Shown: positions 26,197 through 38,882 of the stretch, in pieces
How positions within the stretch are numbered: position 1 is the stretch's first letter
How the letters are laid out: each line of letters opens with the position of its first letter
Source: Octopus vulgaris
Lineage: Eukaryota
Length of the DNA stretch: 64,000 nt
Direction: 5' to 3'
Assembly (NCBI GenBank): GCA_951406725.2
Contig: OX597831.1
Location: forward strand, 2,356,001-2,420,000
Translations under genes and position numbers: made by a program
Notes under the pieces: model-generated
What the model was told of the DNA's origin: nothing
The model's database searches: none
What the model saw: the letters and a program-made list of their open reading frames with translations, nothing else

Positions 26197-28227
26197 TACA
26201 CAGAAAAGAAACAAGGAGAGAAAAAAATGTGTGCAGAAGCTAGCGATTCAACAAACATACACACACACACATGATGGGCTTCTTTAAGTTTTGTCAGCCA
26301 AATCCACTCACAAGGCTTTAGTCGACCTGAGCCTATCATAGAAGACACTTGTCCAAGGTACTATGCAGTGGGACTGAACCTAAAACCATATGATTGGGAA
26401 GCAAGTTTCATACCACACAGTCACCCCTGCACCTATTTTTGCAGAATATACTGTCCAGTGTCTCCATTCTTTTTTTTTAAAGATGGTAGAATAATGATTT
26501 GAAAGATTCAGCTGCTTTTTCTACTAGGTCAAGTGACCAACTCCTTAGACGACTCATTTATTTTCATTGGTGATTAAGACTGGAGGTGGTGGTTGTTGAT
26601 GCTTAGTCCCAACTCAGCTCTGGTAGAGCTTTTCTGTTTTATTTTATCATATTTTAGTCAGGGGAGGACAGTATCCATGACAAGGCGGCGAGCTGGCAGA
26701 AATGTTAGCATGCTGGGCGAAATGCGTAGCCGTATTTCATCTGCCGTTACGTTCTGAGTTCAAATTCTGCCGAGGTCGACTTTGCCTTTCATCCTTTTGA
26801 GGTCGATGAAATAATCGACTTAATCCGTTTGTCTGTCCTTGTTTGTCTCCTCTGTGTTTAGCCCCTTATGGGTAGTAAAGAAATAAGTATCCATGACATC
26901 TTACAACCTTACAGTCTCTGAAATGCATGGGAGGGAAGGAGGAAGGTTCTGCAAATGGGAGAACCAGAGCTAAATGCTTGCAACAGCCTGGACTCCTTCA
27001 ACCATTTAGCATTCAAATTATTTTGCCAAATGTAACACTTATTTATTCCCACTGATTCAAATTAATCTTGCATTATTTCATAGCTTTGAGATTTTGATAA
27101 TGTGACTATTATTTTTTAGAATGACATTGTAGGGAAGGTGTGAGAGGTCAGATCTAACTGGTTTGAACAAGAAAATACAGAGGTAGAGTACTTGGGCTGA
27201 CTATGGCTGGTTTCAATGCTAAAGGATTAAAGGCATTCAAGAACTAGGTTAAGTCTACATCCAAGTAGGCCTAGGTGAGATTTTTTCCAACTCATAAGAG
27301 TTGGAAAAACCACAAGGTACCCCTCCAACTATTATTCCCACCAGTCCACCACTTTATTTATTGACTACCCTTCAACCCAGAAGGAAGAAAGACAAAGTTT
27401 ACCTTCGTATGATTTCAACTCAGAAAGGAAGGTGTCACAATAAATACTACAGTTTGTGTTCTGAACATATCTGTCATTAAAGGTATTCCAAACACGACCA
27501 GCCTTTTTCCCCTTGTTAACATTTTTCCTCCTAAGTTAACATCCTTTCATTTTTGAGATAGTGAAATGTAATTAGAGTGAGATTTAACTGCTACTTCTAC
27601 AGGCAACCATTTTTTTGAGAAATGAGCTGGATGAGACATAGCTCACTATCTGGTGGGACTAACTATTAAAATATTCAAAGTAATATTTCATTAGGGATGC
27701 CAAGTTCTGGGGGTTACAAGTTGCTCATGACTTACATAAATGCTGTGGTTGTAAGGCACAAATAAGATTGCTCTTACCTCAAGATGCAGTTGGCAACAGT
27801 ATAGCCAAACTTCAGGTTACAGGAACCAGCAAAACTTAACAGTTGTACCCTCGTGTGCACTTTACCCAAGCTTCTGGTCAGAAAGGACAACTCCCCTAAA
27901 ACAATCCCCAAAACACATCCATTATGCTCAACACCCCAGTGAAAAAAGAGGCTGTTTTGAACACCCTGCTTCGTGGAGGTCTCTTCCCCTTGTTTCAGGT
28001 TTCATTGTCCTTTTCCCCCCTTTCACTGCTCCACAAATGCACTCTCATTGGCTCTAAGACTGGAGACTGGATGCTGATTGGTCAAGATGAAGGATTATGA
28101 GACTACCAGCTGAAGTTATAGGTTTATATTGTGTCACTAGCATTGTATTGTCTACATGGCCAAAACAGTTCTTTGGCCACTGCAATGGGAAGTTGATATT
28201 GTGTCGTAAATATAATATTGTTTAGAT

Positions 28228-28453
28228 CAGTGGCTCTCAACGGGGGTCCATGTAAGATTTTATGGTTAAAATTTATGTGCAATAAATTGCTTATACTTCT
28301 ACAATATATTTTTTAAAAATACAATTCCCAATAAAATTTAATTATAAAAATACAGTAGGACGGTTTTTATATACACCAAATGGCTATGGATGTCCAGTAG
28401 AGTAAAATAAAAATCAAAGGGGTTCATAGGCAAAATATGGTTGAGGGCCATTG
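28228..28453. mobile_element. hAT (Charlie-like) MITE
   Basis: CAGTGGCTCTCAAC ... GTTGAGGGCCATTG flanked by the direct repeat TTTAGAT. Confidence 0.7.
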
Positions 28454-29433
28454 TTTAGATGGTCAAAACAGGTGTTGTTGACTCAGCTGATTCAACTTCA
28501 AATAAACACCATGAGTTTTAGCAAAGTCCTGCTCCTGATAGCAGTTGGTGGGAGCACTGTATATTAAAAAGTTTTGTTAGCTATTCAATATTATTTACTA
28601 AACCATTCAAAACTGCTTCTGTTTTTTATGATATAAAACCTCACATTTTAAAGTGTTTATGTCTATTTTGTTACCATGTTTCTATAGAAATACAGTTTTT
28701 CTTTCAATAAATTTCAAAACTAATGAATATAGTAAGATAATCTTTGTCAGAATTAAATTAAGCTGATGCTTGGATCATAAATTACCATGAAATTTTAATT
28801 GGAAGTTATGATTTATATCACTCCAAAACAAGAAGTTTGTACAATAAAAGTAAGAGCAGTCTTGGATGGTTTGGTATCAAAAGGGTTATATTAAAAACCT
28901 TCCATCATAATTTTACATTAGGATATTTTTTAAATTTATGTATCTAAATACCAAGTAAATAATAACAAAGTTATTTCTTTGACCTTTCTAAGAACAGTAA
29001 TTACAAAAATTCATTGAAACACAATGTTTTACTTTAGAAATATGGTAACAAAACAATTACAATCCTCCAATGTGTTGGCTCACAACAGGAAACACTTATT
29101 TTAAAACTCTCTTTCAATTGATTCTACTATTAAAGCCAGAGCAAACTGGTAATACAGAAACCATGATTAGAAAGTTTTATAGGTTGTGCTAAAATCCATA
29201 TTCTTGTATAGATTCGGTGAATGAAGAGAATTGCAAGAAGTGGTTAATTAGCAGAGTAGACAAACTACAGAGAGAGAGATGTTAGTCAGCTGTGGAGATA
29301 AACTGAAGCAATCAAACAGAAAAGAGACAGTGCAAAACTGAGATAAGGCTTCACAGTGAGTGAAACCTTGTTGAAAGTGTGTGTGTGTGTTTGTTTAGCT
29401 TTCAAATATGTCTGAGTAGATATTGAGAATGTG

Positions 29434-29465
<32 letters not shown>

Positions 29466-30740
29466 ATAGAATTTTCACAGAAAAATTGGTCGTTTTCTTT
29501 TCTTCTTTTCATGAGCTCCAGGACTCATAAGGTCACAGCTTAACCTGGTGTCAATGGTGTACAAGTAATTAAACTTACTGAATGGGATGCTAGTCCTTTG
29601 CAGGTTAACTTCCCCAACTACTGCCAGAACTCATTTACAGATGAGTGGACTGGAAGGTGAAAGGAAGTGTTTTGCACAAGAACACAATGTATTGCCTGCC
29701 CTGGGAACTGAAATCATGACCTTACAATTGATTGTGAATGTAACATCCTAACCACTAGGCCATGCAATTTCACACTTTCACTTTCATATATTTTTCACAT
29801 TTTGAAGACTTCAAGGAACTTTGCAGAAGCTGATGTTGCCAAAAACAATTGTATACAGAGTGGGTGTGTGAGGGTAATCACTATTTCCTGCTATCTCTGC
29901 CTGCAGCAGAATCTAGGCTGATGGGAGATAGCTGCCTTCATAATATGAATCTATGTTATTGGACATACCTAACATTAGTTTCATCAGCCTTACTCTTCTG
30001 TGCTGGCTGGCTTAGGGTGGAGGATATTAATTTTGGAGTTTTCTTTCTCTTAAATTGATTGCTTTCACTACAGCTCCGGAGCTCAGTTTAGCCTGACAAA
30101 GAAAAATCTGACAGGTGCTACCATTTTAAGTCAGAACAGACTTGAAAGTAATGGCAATTAAGGGGTGACTCCATGCCCCCCACAACTCCTGAACTGTGAA
30201 GGTAACAGTTGAATGTTAAGTCAAGCTACTGTAAACAGAAACCACACCTATTTCTATGTAAAGCTGACAAATTATTATGAGAGATGAAATTCACTAGTAA
30301 GGGTTCAACCCAAAACAAATAATGCATGCATTCAAATTTGCTGAACTTTCAAATCCAAATTAGCATGGAAATAAATAATTGGCTTTGCCAGTGGTTTGAA
30401 CAAATGAGTATTTCGGTTGTTCAAGCAATCTACTCATTGATTTATAGTGCAAGTAACAGAGTATTCTAAAGACATACCAATTAACCCTCAGATAGACTCA
30501 GCATGACACTGTATGTAACAAGAGTGAATTTTTAAATTACAGATATAGTTGATCAGACAGGTACAGACTTCTATTCAGTTTCCTTCTACCTAATTTCACT
30601 CAAAAGTCTAATTTAGAAGACACTTGCAATGGAATTGAATCTGGGACTTAATGACAGCAAAGCAAATCTCTTAACAATGCAACCATGCTTGCATACAAGA
30701 AAATACACACAGATCACACACACACACACACACATACATA

Positions 30741-31829
30741 CAGGGTCTTTCAAAAATTTTGATATTTCACAATCTAATAACTGTCAGTTCTTGTTCAAAT
30801 AACTTCAAATTTTAACAGCACATGTAGAAACAGGTTACAATTATATGTTTAACCCTTTCGTTACCAACCCGGCTCTGGCTCTGAGTACAAATGTCTTGTT
30901 TTCATAAGTTTTGAATTAAAATCTTCCACCAAACCTTAGTCACAATTTATGTTCCTAACACTAGCTGAATTTATTTTACTAAATTCTTTGTTATATCTAA
31001 AGTAATTGAAAGAAACACAGAGCATCTCAAAATAAACACAGTATCAAAAGGGTTAATGTTTGATCTCTTTATCTTTTCAGGTATAGAAATGGCATTTACT
31101 GGAAGAGAAAAGACGTTTCGTGTGTTGGAGTATGCTCAAACACAGTCAAACAAGACTGTGCAGCATGCATTTGTGAGAGAGTTCTCTAAAAAGTCACCAA
31201 CAGCAATGCAGATTTAAACATGGCACTAAAAATTCAAAGAGAAAGGCTGTATGTGCAGGGCAAAAGGATATGGAAGACTACTAACATTGGAAGAGACGGT
31301 CAAGCGGGTTCGCCAGAAACTCTTGTGAAGCCTCAAGAAGTCCATAAGAAGAACAAGTCTGCAAACCCAGATTCCTCTAACGACAGTTTGGCACCTCCTG
31401 AGGAAATGCTTGCTAATGAAACCCTACAAGCTGCAGCTTGTTCAGGCCATAACGTAAGATAACAAGCAGAAGTGCAAACATGGGGCTATGTGAAGGGCTT
31501 GGTCTATGTCCCCACGCTTCCTGCAAACCTTGAGGAACTCGAGCAGAGAATCACTACTGCACTGGAATCTGTTACCCAATACATACTGCAGCATGTTTGA
31601 GAGGAGCTGGACTACTGACTTGACGTGTTCTGTGTCTCAGGCATTGCGCATATTGAACACTTCTGAAATTGTTCGTGGAATCCACATACCTTTGAATTTC
31701 TCATTCAAATTTGGAGGAATAAATCTTATGTTCCTCAACATTAAGCTTGTTTAGTTTCATTTGCTTTGACTATGTAGTTTCTATGATATTTACATCTCAA
31801 ATGATATCAATTTTTTTGAAACCCCCCTG
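30741..31829 (+). mobile_element. Internally deleted Tc1/mariner element (rosa/DD41D-like)
   Basis: TIRs CAGGGTCTTTCAAAAA / TTTTTGAAACCCCCCTG. MAFTGREKTFRVLEYAQTQSNKTVQHAFVREF starts at 31089, followed by MKPYKLQLVQA and then directly WGYVKGLVY (catalytic core deleted). Confidence 0.8.
30853..31052. mobile_element. piggyBac-type MITE nested in the rosa-like element
   Basis: TTAA|CCCTTT...AAAGGG|TTAA, 200 bp, non-coding. A related degenerate copy ends near 28886. Confidence 0.75.
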
Positions 31830-31850
31830 TGTGTGTGTGTGTGTGTATAA

Positions 31851-31887
<37 letters not shown>

Positions 31888-33647
31888 TACATGTGTGTGC
31901 ATGCTTATCTTTTATTTGTTTCACTCATTAGACTACGGCCTTTCTGGGGCACCATCTTGAAGAATTTTAGCCAAACGAATCAATTCCAGCACTTTGTCTT
32001 CAGTCTGGGATTTCTTCTATCTGTTGAACAGGGACATAAATATGCCAACACTGGTTGTCAAGCAGTGGTGGGAGACAAACACAGAGACAAAACACAAAGA
32101 CACACACATATAATACATATGACAGGCTTCTTTCAGTTTCTGTTCACCAAAACCATGTATGTGTGTGTGTGTGTGTGTGTATGTGTCTTGACGTCACATG
32201 ATAGTTGTAAGCAAGTGTCACCACCATGCAAGCGACATCCTTCATTTCCAATCTTCTGTGAAAACATATCTGGTCATAGGAAAATACTATCTGAGTTGGA
32301 AACAGGTGAAGGTTGGCTACAAAAAGGCAGGATGGGCATCTGGCCATAGACAATCTGCCTTTACAAAGTATGTTTGACTCATGCAAGCATGAGAAAGTGG
32401 ATGTTAAAATGATGATGATGATATACATACATGTAAGTGGGTATCTGAGTATGTGTAAGTGTGTGTGTTTATATGGCTGTGTGTGTGTTTATATGGCTGT
32501 GTGTGTGTTTATATGCCTCTGTGTGTGTGTGCGTGTGCATGTGTGTGCGTGTGTACATACAATCCAAGTGCTGTAATGTAGGTAGTAAATGACCAGTAAA
32601 GTGAATCTATAAGTCAGGCTCATTTCCCAGTTGTATCTATTCCACTTTCTATAATTGAGAGAAAAGATATCATTGTTACACTTCCGACTTATCCTTTCCC
32701 CTCCCCTCCCCACCCCACCACACACACACACCGGGAAGTTGATAGAGTCGATCATTCATTGATGGATACCTCTGATCACAAAGCTCACACAATTGGCCAT
32801 TTATCACAGTAGTGTGGAGTAGAAATAAATATTTTCACAATATCTCATGCTTATATATATATATACAATTTGTACAAGTACACACACATACACACACAGA
32901 GTTATATGTACCAATATACGGTTCTCCTGTAATTGTGCACGTGTGGTTATTTGAGGAGCATGAAAGTGTGTGTGAGTGACGATTGAAAGTACACACTGCA
33001 ACATCTGCACTGTAACAGTATTAAATAGTAGTATCTTATCACTTAAGTGAAGAAGGGATTTTACAACAATCTTTGAATTAAACAATGGACACACACACAC
33101 ATACACACACACACACAGAGTCTTAATTACAACACTGAAGGTTTCAAACACATCAACAATGGCTCTACACACAACACTGGCAGGAGGTGGTAGGGAAGCT
33201 AAAAATGTCTTTGATTATAGTGGTTTACCAGTAAAACAACTTGATGGAACAATCAGTTACAAATGGACGCAATTGTCTTCAGAGGGAATTCGCCGGAAAT
33301 TAGCCGGAAAAGTGTGTAATGCCAGTGTTTGAATAGGTGTCAATGTATAGTTGTTGCTATCTGAATTGTACAGAACTATTGGTAAACAGAACAGCTCAAA
33401 GTGACTGCCGGTTGCTAGTGTTAGCCAGTAAATTAGATATCTCTAATGGTTAGTTTACTTTTAATACCATTAATAAAAGCCAAACGGAACCCCACCACCA
33501 CCACCCCCGTTCCCAACACACAACTCAAGAATACAATGTTCAGAGTCTCAATAGTATACTGTCTACTTGAAAACGGTGTCAGATGTTATTGACAAAACCA
33601 AGTAGGTTTGCCCAGTAAATTTAAGAGAAACTTTATTGTCATTATAA

Positions 33648-33696
<49 letters not shown>

Positions 33697-34777
33697 TGGT
33701 GAGCTCGCAACTTGTTTAAATGGCGGTGCCCCAGCATGGCCACAGCTCATTAGCTGAAACTGGAAAAATCAAAATCATATATATATATATCATCATTTAA
33801 CGTCCGCTTTCCATGCTAGCATGGGTTGGACGGTTCAACTGGGGTCTGGCACCAGGCCAGTCAGATATGGCAGTGTTTCTACAGCTGGATGCCCTTCCTA
33901 ACGCCAACCACTCCGAGAGTGTAGTGGGTGATTTTATGTGCCACCGACACAGGTGCCAGACGAGGCTGGCGAACGACCACGCTCAGATGGTGTTTTTTAT
34001 GTGCCACCGACACAGGTGCCAGACGAGGCTGGCAGACGGCCACGCTCGGATGGTGTTTTTATATAAAAAAAAAATGGTAATGGAACAGTAGAAATGGTTA
34101 TGTGCTAGACTAAATCCTCTGCAGTATTTTAGTTATATATCTTTATGCTCTGAGTTCAAATCTGGCAAGGGATGGTGTGATTTTTGTTCTTCCATGGACA
34201 AAACAATAAGCAATAGTCAAAAACTGGTCTCAAATTTTGGCACATAGCCAGCAATTTCAGGGAAGGGGTAAACCGATTACATTACCCCCAGTGATCAACT
34301 GGTACTTATTTCATCAACCCTGGAAAGATGAAAGGCAAAGTCTTTCAAACCACAACGGAATTTGAACTCAGAACATTAAAGTCAGAAGAAATATCTATTT
34401 CTTTACTACCCACAAGGGGCTAAAACAGAGAGGACAAACAAGGACAGACAAACGGATTAAGTCGATTATATTGACCCCAGTGTGTAACTGGTACTTATTT
34501 AATCGACCCCGAAAGGATGAAAGGCAAAGTCGACCTCAGTGGAATTTGAACTTAGAACGTAGCAGCAGACCGCTAAGCATTTCGCCTGGCGTGGTAATGT
34601 TTCTGCCAGTTTGCAGTCTTAAAAGAGTCGAGTATAAAAATTCAAGTGTATTGGCATTAGTCATTCTACCAAATGCTTGTGGCCCTGTTCATTAATGTTA
34701 CTGACAGAATTGGTTAGACATTAAATGACAGAAAGGTAGCACATTAAACAAAATACCTTGTGGTATTTGTTTAACAT

Positions 34778-35027
34778 CAGTGGTTCCCAAACCTTTTGGG
34801 TTGCTGCCCCCCTGGCACTCAGGTCATATTTCTAGCACCACCACAAACATCAACCACTTTCTGCAGCAAATTCAAAAGAACTGTATTTGACAAATAAAAC
34901 TTATCCTACTTAACCAATTATTTTGTTATTTTTACATCCGTTACCCACTTTTGGCCACTCCATTATTGCACCACTTTTCTTCAACACCCCCTCCAGGAGG
35001 CTGTACCTATCACTTTGGGAACCACTG
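34778..35027. mobile_element. hAT (Charlie-like) MITE
   Basis: TIRs CAGTGGTTCCCAAA / TTTGGGAACCACTG with an imperfect ~8-bp TSD (tttaacat / gtttacat). Confidence 0.8.
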
Positions 35028-35899
35028 GTTTACATCCTACATTCCTATCCTCCTTGGGTTGATATTTTATTTCATACTTCCGGGATTATTAAATAAAATT
35101 ACTAGGCACAGACATGGCTTGTTTGACAACCACATTCTTTTGGATTCAGATCTACACACAGCATTTGAGGTGTCTTCTACTGAAGCCTATGGACAACCAA
35201 TGCCTCATGAATGAATTTGGTAAACAAAAACTGTTTTGAAGACCTTTGTATATACAAAGGTGGTTGCCAAAAAGTTCCAAGCTGTAAAGGTATTACAAAA
35301 GACCTGGTTGGAGGCCTGACTTTCTGAGTTCTTTTACAAGGCTTAGAAAAACTGAAGGATCACTGCAATAAGCATGTGAATCTGAAAGGGGAATATTTTG
35401 AATACAATCATAATTAACTGGCCTCCCTGTATTTTCTTTTACTAAAAGCCAAGAACTCTTCAGCACTCCCGTGTGTGTGCATGTTCCTCTCTTTCTTTGA
35501 CTCTTTTGCCTCCCTCTCTCTCTCTTTCCTTCCTTAATACTTCTTACTTTGTTCTGACTTTCAATACCTTTGACATTTTCCATTTACCTTTGGTATCCTA
35601 TACCTGTCTCTCTGGCAGTAACTGCTTTTTTGTCGTATATGTATATTTTATTTTTTGTTGTGTTTGTTTTTGTCATTGTCCTGTACATTCATTAGCTATT
35701 CCCAGTGGCTTTTCATCACTGGTGCCACAAAAAGTGAACAATATCAATGTTAAAGGTGAAAAATTGTAATGATCTTTTGGAAGTTGACTGATGAGGAATT
35801 AGCTATGAATTTTTTGTTCATTATGTTTTTGTAACAATTTCTGTTTGTTGTACTTTTGTTAAATTTTTGAAATATATATTGGGTTAGCAAGAAAGTAAT

Positions 35900-36140
35900 T
35901 TTGTTTTTTTAATTGCAAAATAAAAGTAATTTTTTTGTCATACAAAGAATGAACTTCAATCATTTATATATTTTCCATTTTGTTCAATGAACTTTTGCCA
36001 TCTTTCTGGCAACTTCATGATTCCGTGCTTATAGAACTTCTGGTTCTTATCAGCCCAAAACTGAATCAAGTGCAATTTCAGGTCATCATCATTATTGAAA
36101 GTTTTACCATTCAAAGAATTTTGCAAACTTTGCAAAATCT
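35900..36140 (-). mobile_element. mariner transposase C-terminal fragment
   Basis: SLQNSLNGKTF...FYKHGIMKLPERWQKFIEQNGKYIND, the typical mariner C-terminus. Confidence 0.85.
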
Positions 36141-37591
36141 GTGACGAGCCAGAGTGACTCTGATGACCTGGAGTCACCTCTGAGGCAGAGAAACAGACAA
36201 ACAGATAGATATGTATATCTGTATGTTTGCGTTTTCCTTCACAGTAGTCTGAGATATAGTATGTCTGAATAAAAAGACTGGCTGGCCACAGCTGGAACTA
36301 ACACCGTAAGATAAAAGAAATTAAAAGTTAGCATAAATATATAGACATATACATTCTATTTAATTCTATAGCAACACTACATGCCGTAACTATAAATTAT
36401 AGTTAAAACATGAAGTGTTGCTGTAGAATTAAACAGAATGAAAGTCAGAAGATGTACCATATGTTCTCAGCAACATGGCTTGAATATTGAACTGGTTGTA
36501 CAACATTTAATGTTTTATATTATCATTAGAATTCATTTAGCATAAAGAAACACTCTATACACATATGGAAAATATGTCTTAATTCATACAGGGTGAGCTA
36601 ATTTGCATATTTATGTTAATTTGACAGGCTCCTGAAACTTTGTACATAGTCAATTTAATATTCATGCTGTGCTGCCAAATATTTAGGATATATTCTCCCC
36701 AAGTTCTATTTCATAGAAAGATTATAAGTTTTAAACACACACACATATATATATATGTATGTATGTATATTTAAAACTTCAGTAAACAAAAGTTTGATTA
36801 GATAAGCTAGACATTAGTTAACTTTCTATTACATTATTAGGTTAAACATTGGCAAAGTTTTACATTATTTGGTGAACATCATGTTACAATTTTGGAAATT
36901 CTTTTGTTGGTTTCAGTCATTGGAATCTGGCCATGCTGGGGCACAATTTCCAAGGGTTTAGACAATTGTATATATTAGTCTGGAACTTAACTTTACTGAC
37001 TCCTTTCGTTGAGCTATTAAGCTCTGGGTCTCACAGGACACAAAATGAATATGAACAGATACACCTGTGTGTGTGTGTGTACATGCATGTAGTGTGTCAT
37101 CATTTAACATATGTTTTCCATGGTGGCATGGGTTGGATGGTTCAACAGGAACTGGCAGACAGGACCAAGCCCTCCTGTCTACTTAGGCATGGTTTCTATA
37201 GTGGATGCCCTCAGAATTTCTGACCATGAGTTTTTAGTAGTTTGATCAACTCTAAAGACCATTGAATTAGTATAAGTGGTTGAATATTCCACAGACATGT
37301 GTACTCAATGTAATTACCAGACAGAACCAGTGTGACAGTATGACAAGGCCAGACTTTTCACTTAGTGGTACAATCCTTCTGCTGGGCTTCCACTCAGTTT
37401 TCTTCTACTCCAGTTTCATGGCATGGGTCAATCCAAGACTGTGGTAAGAGACACTTGCTCATGATTACAGTGGGACTGAACCTAGGATCTTGTGATTAAG
37501 AAGTCACCATTTAAACCATTCAACCATATAATAACTGCTTGTATTAACAGACCGATGATGAACATTTCATACACAGGCACAAGACCATATA

Positions 37592-38882
37592 TTGGGTCAT
37601 CCCATAAATAGTGCAGCTTTTTCAAATGCATGAACTAAAAGTTGGAGGAGAATGGGATAAACTACTTGCATCAACTTGCTATAAAAGCTGGTAGTAATTT
37701 TACCTTGTTCTTATTTTTAGTGCAAGTTTTGAAGAGTGCAGTTTGATTTTAACAGTTATTTTTTCAAAACTACAATGGGAGTGACAAAGGGGTATATGCG
37801 GTGTATTTTGCTTTATGAGTTCAAAACAGGCAAGAATGGAATGGAAAGTGTAAGGAATATTGATGCAGTATATGAGAATTGGACAATAAGCATAAGCCAA
37901 TATAAACAGTGGTTCCAGAAATTCCAAGCCGGAAACTACAACCTAGAAGACAAACCTCATCCTGGAAGGTCTTTTGAGCTTAATGAGGACATCCTACAAA
38001 CACTGGTGGAACAAAATCCCATTGTAACTGTTGAGGAACTAGCAGGGAAGCTTGGATTTTGTCATTCAACCATTCATCAGACCTGCATGCCATCGGAAAA
38101 GTCAGCAAATTGTGTCAATGGGTTCAACACAAACTTTGCAAGCCTAATCATGCACAGAGAGTGAATGTGTGCCCTTCTTTGCTATCACACCTCATGAATG
38201 AACCTTTTTTTTTGGACCGAACAGTGACTAGTGACGAGAAATGGATTCTCTATAAAGATGTCAAGCACCAAAGAGACTGGGTAAGGAAAGGAGAAACACT
38301 GACACCCCAGGCTAAAGAAGGTCTTCACCCACATAAGGTGTTGTTATCTGTTTGGTGGGATATAAAAAGCTTAGTCCACTTTGAACTTTTAAACCCCAAC
38401 CAAATGATAACAAGGGAGATCTACTACAAGCAGTTTGAGTGGCTTAAGTCAGCACTAGAAGAAAAACGACCATTTTTGATTTCAGGATGAAAGGTGTTCT
38501 TCCTTCAGGATAATGCTCGGCCACATTCAGCAAGGATGACATTCCAAAGGCTGGAGCAGTTTGAATGGGAAATGATGCCCCACCCATCATATTTGCCAGG
38601 CATTGCCCCATCTGATTATCATTTATTCCACAGTCTTCAAAATCATTTGGACGGAAAAAACATGAATTCTGTAGATGAGGTCAGAACAGTACTGGAGGAG
38701 TATTTTTCACCATGGACAAGTGAATTTTGGAAGAGGGGCCTTGCAAGTCTATGAGATATATGGAAGAGTATTGTAGAAAATGAAGAAGAATATGTTTTAG
38801 ATTAAAAAAGGACTTTGTTTATCTTAATTTTGAAAAATAAAAGAAGTATAAAAAACCTCACATTATTTATGGAACGACCCAA
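37592..38882 (+). mobile_element. Full-length defective mariner (D,D34D) transposon, ~1.29 kb
   Basis: TA-flanked TIRs TTGGGTCATCCCATAAATA / TATTTATGGAACGACCCAA. Transposase ~37775-38805 has WVQHKL, TSDEKW, QDNARPH and PSYLPGIAPSDYHLF motifs, broken by a frameshift and stops. Confidence 0.95.
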
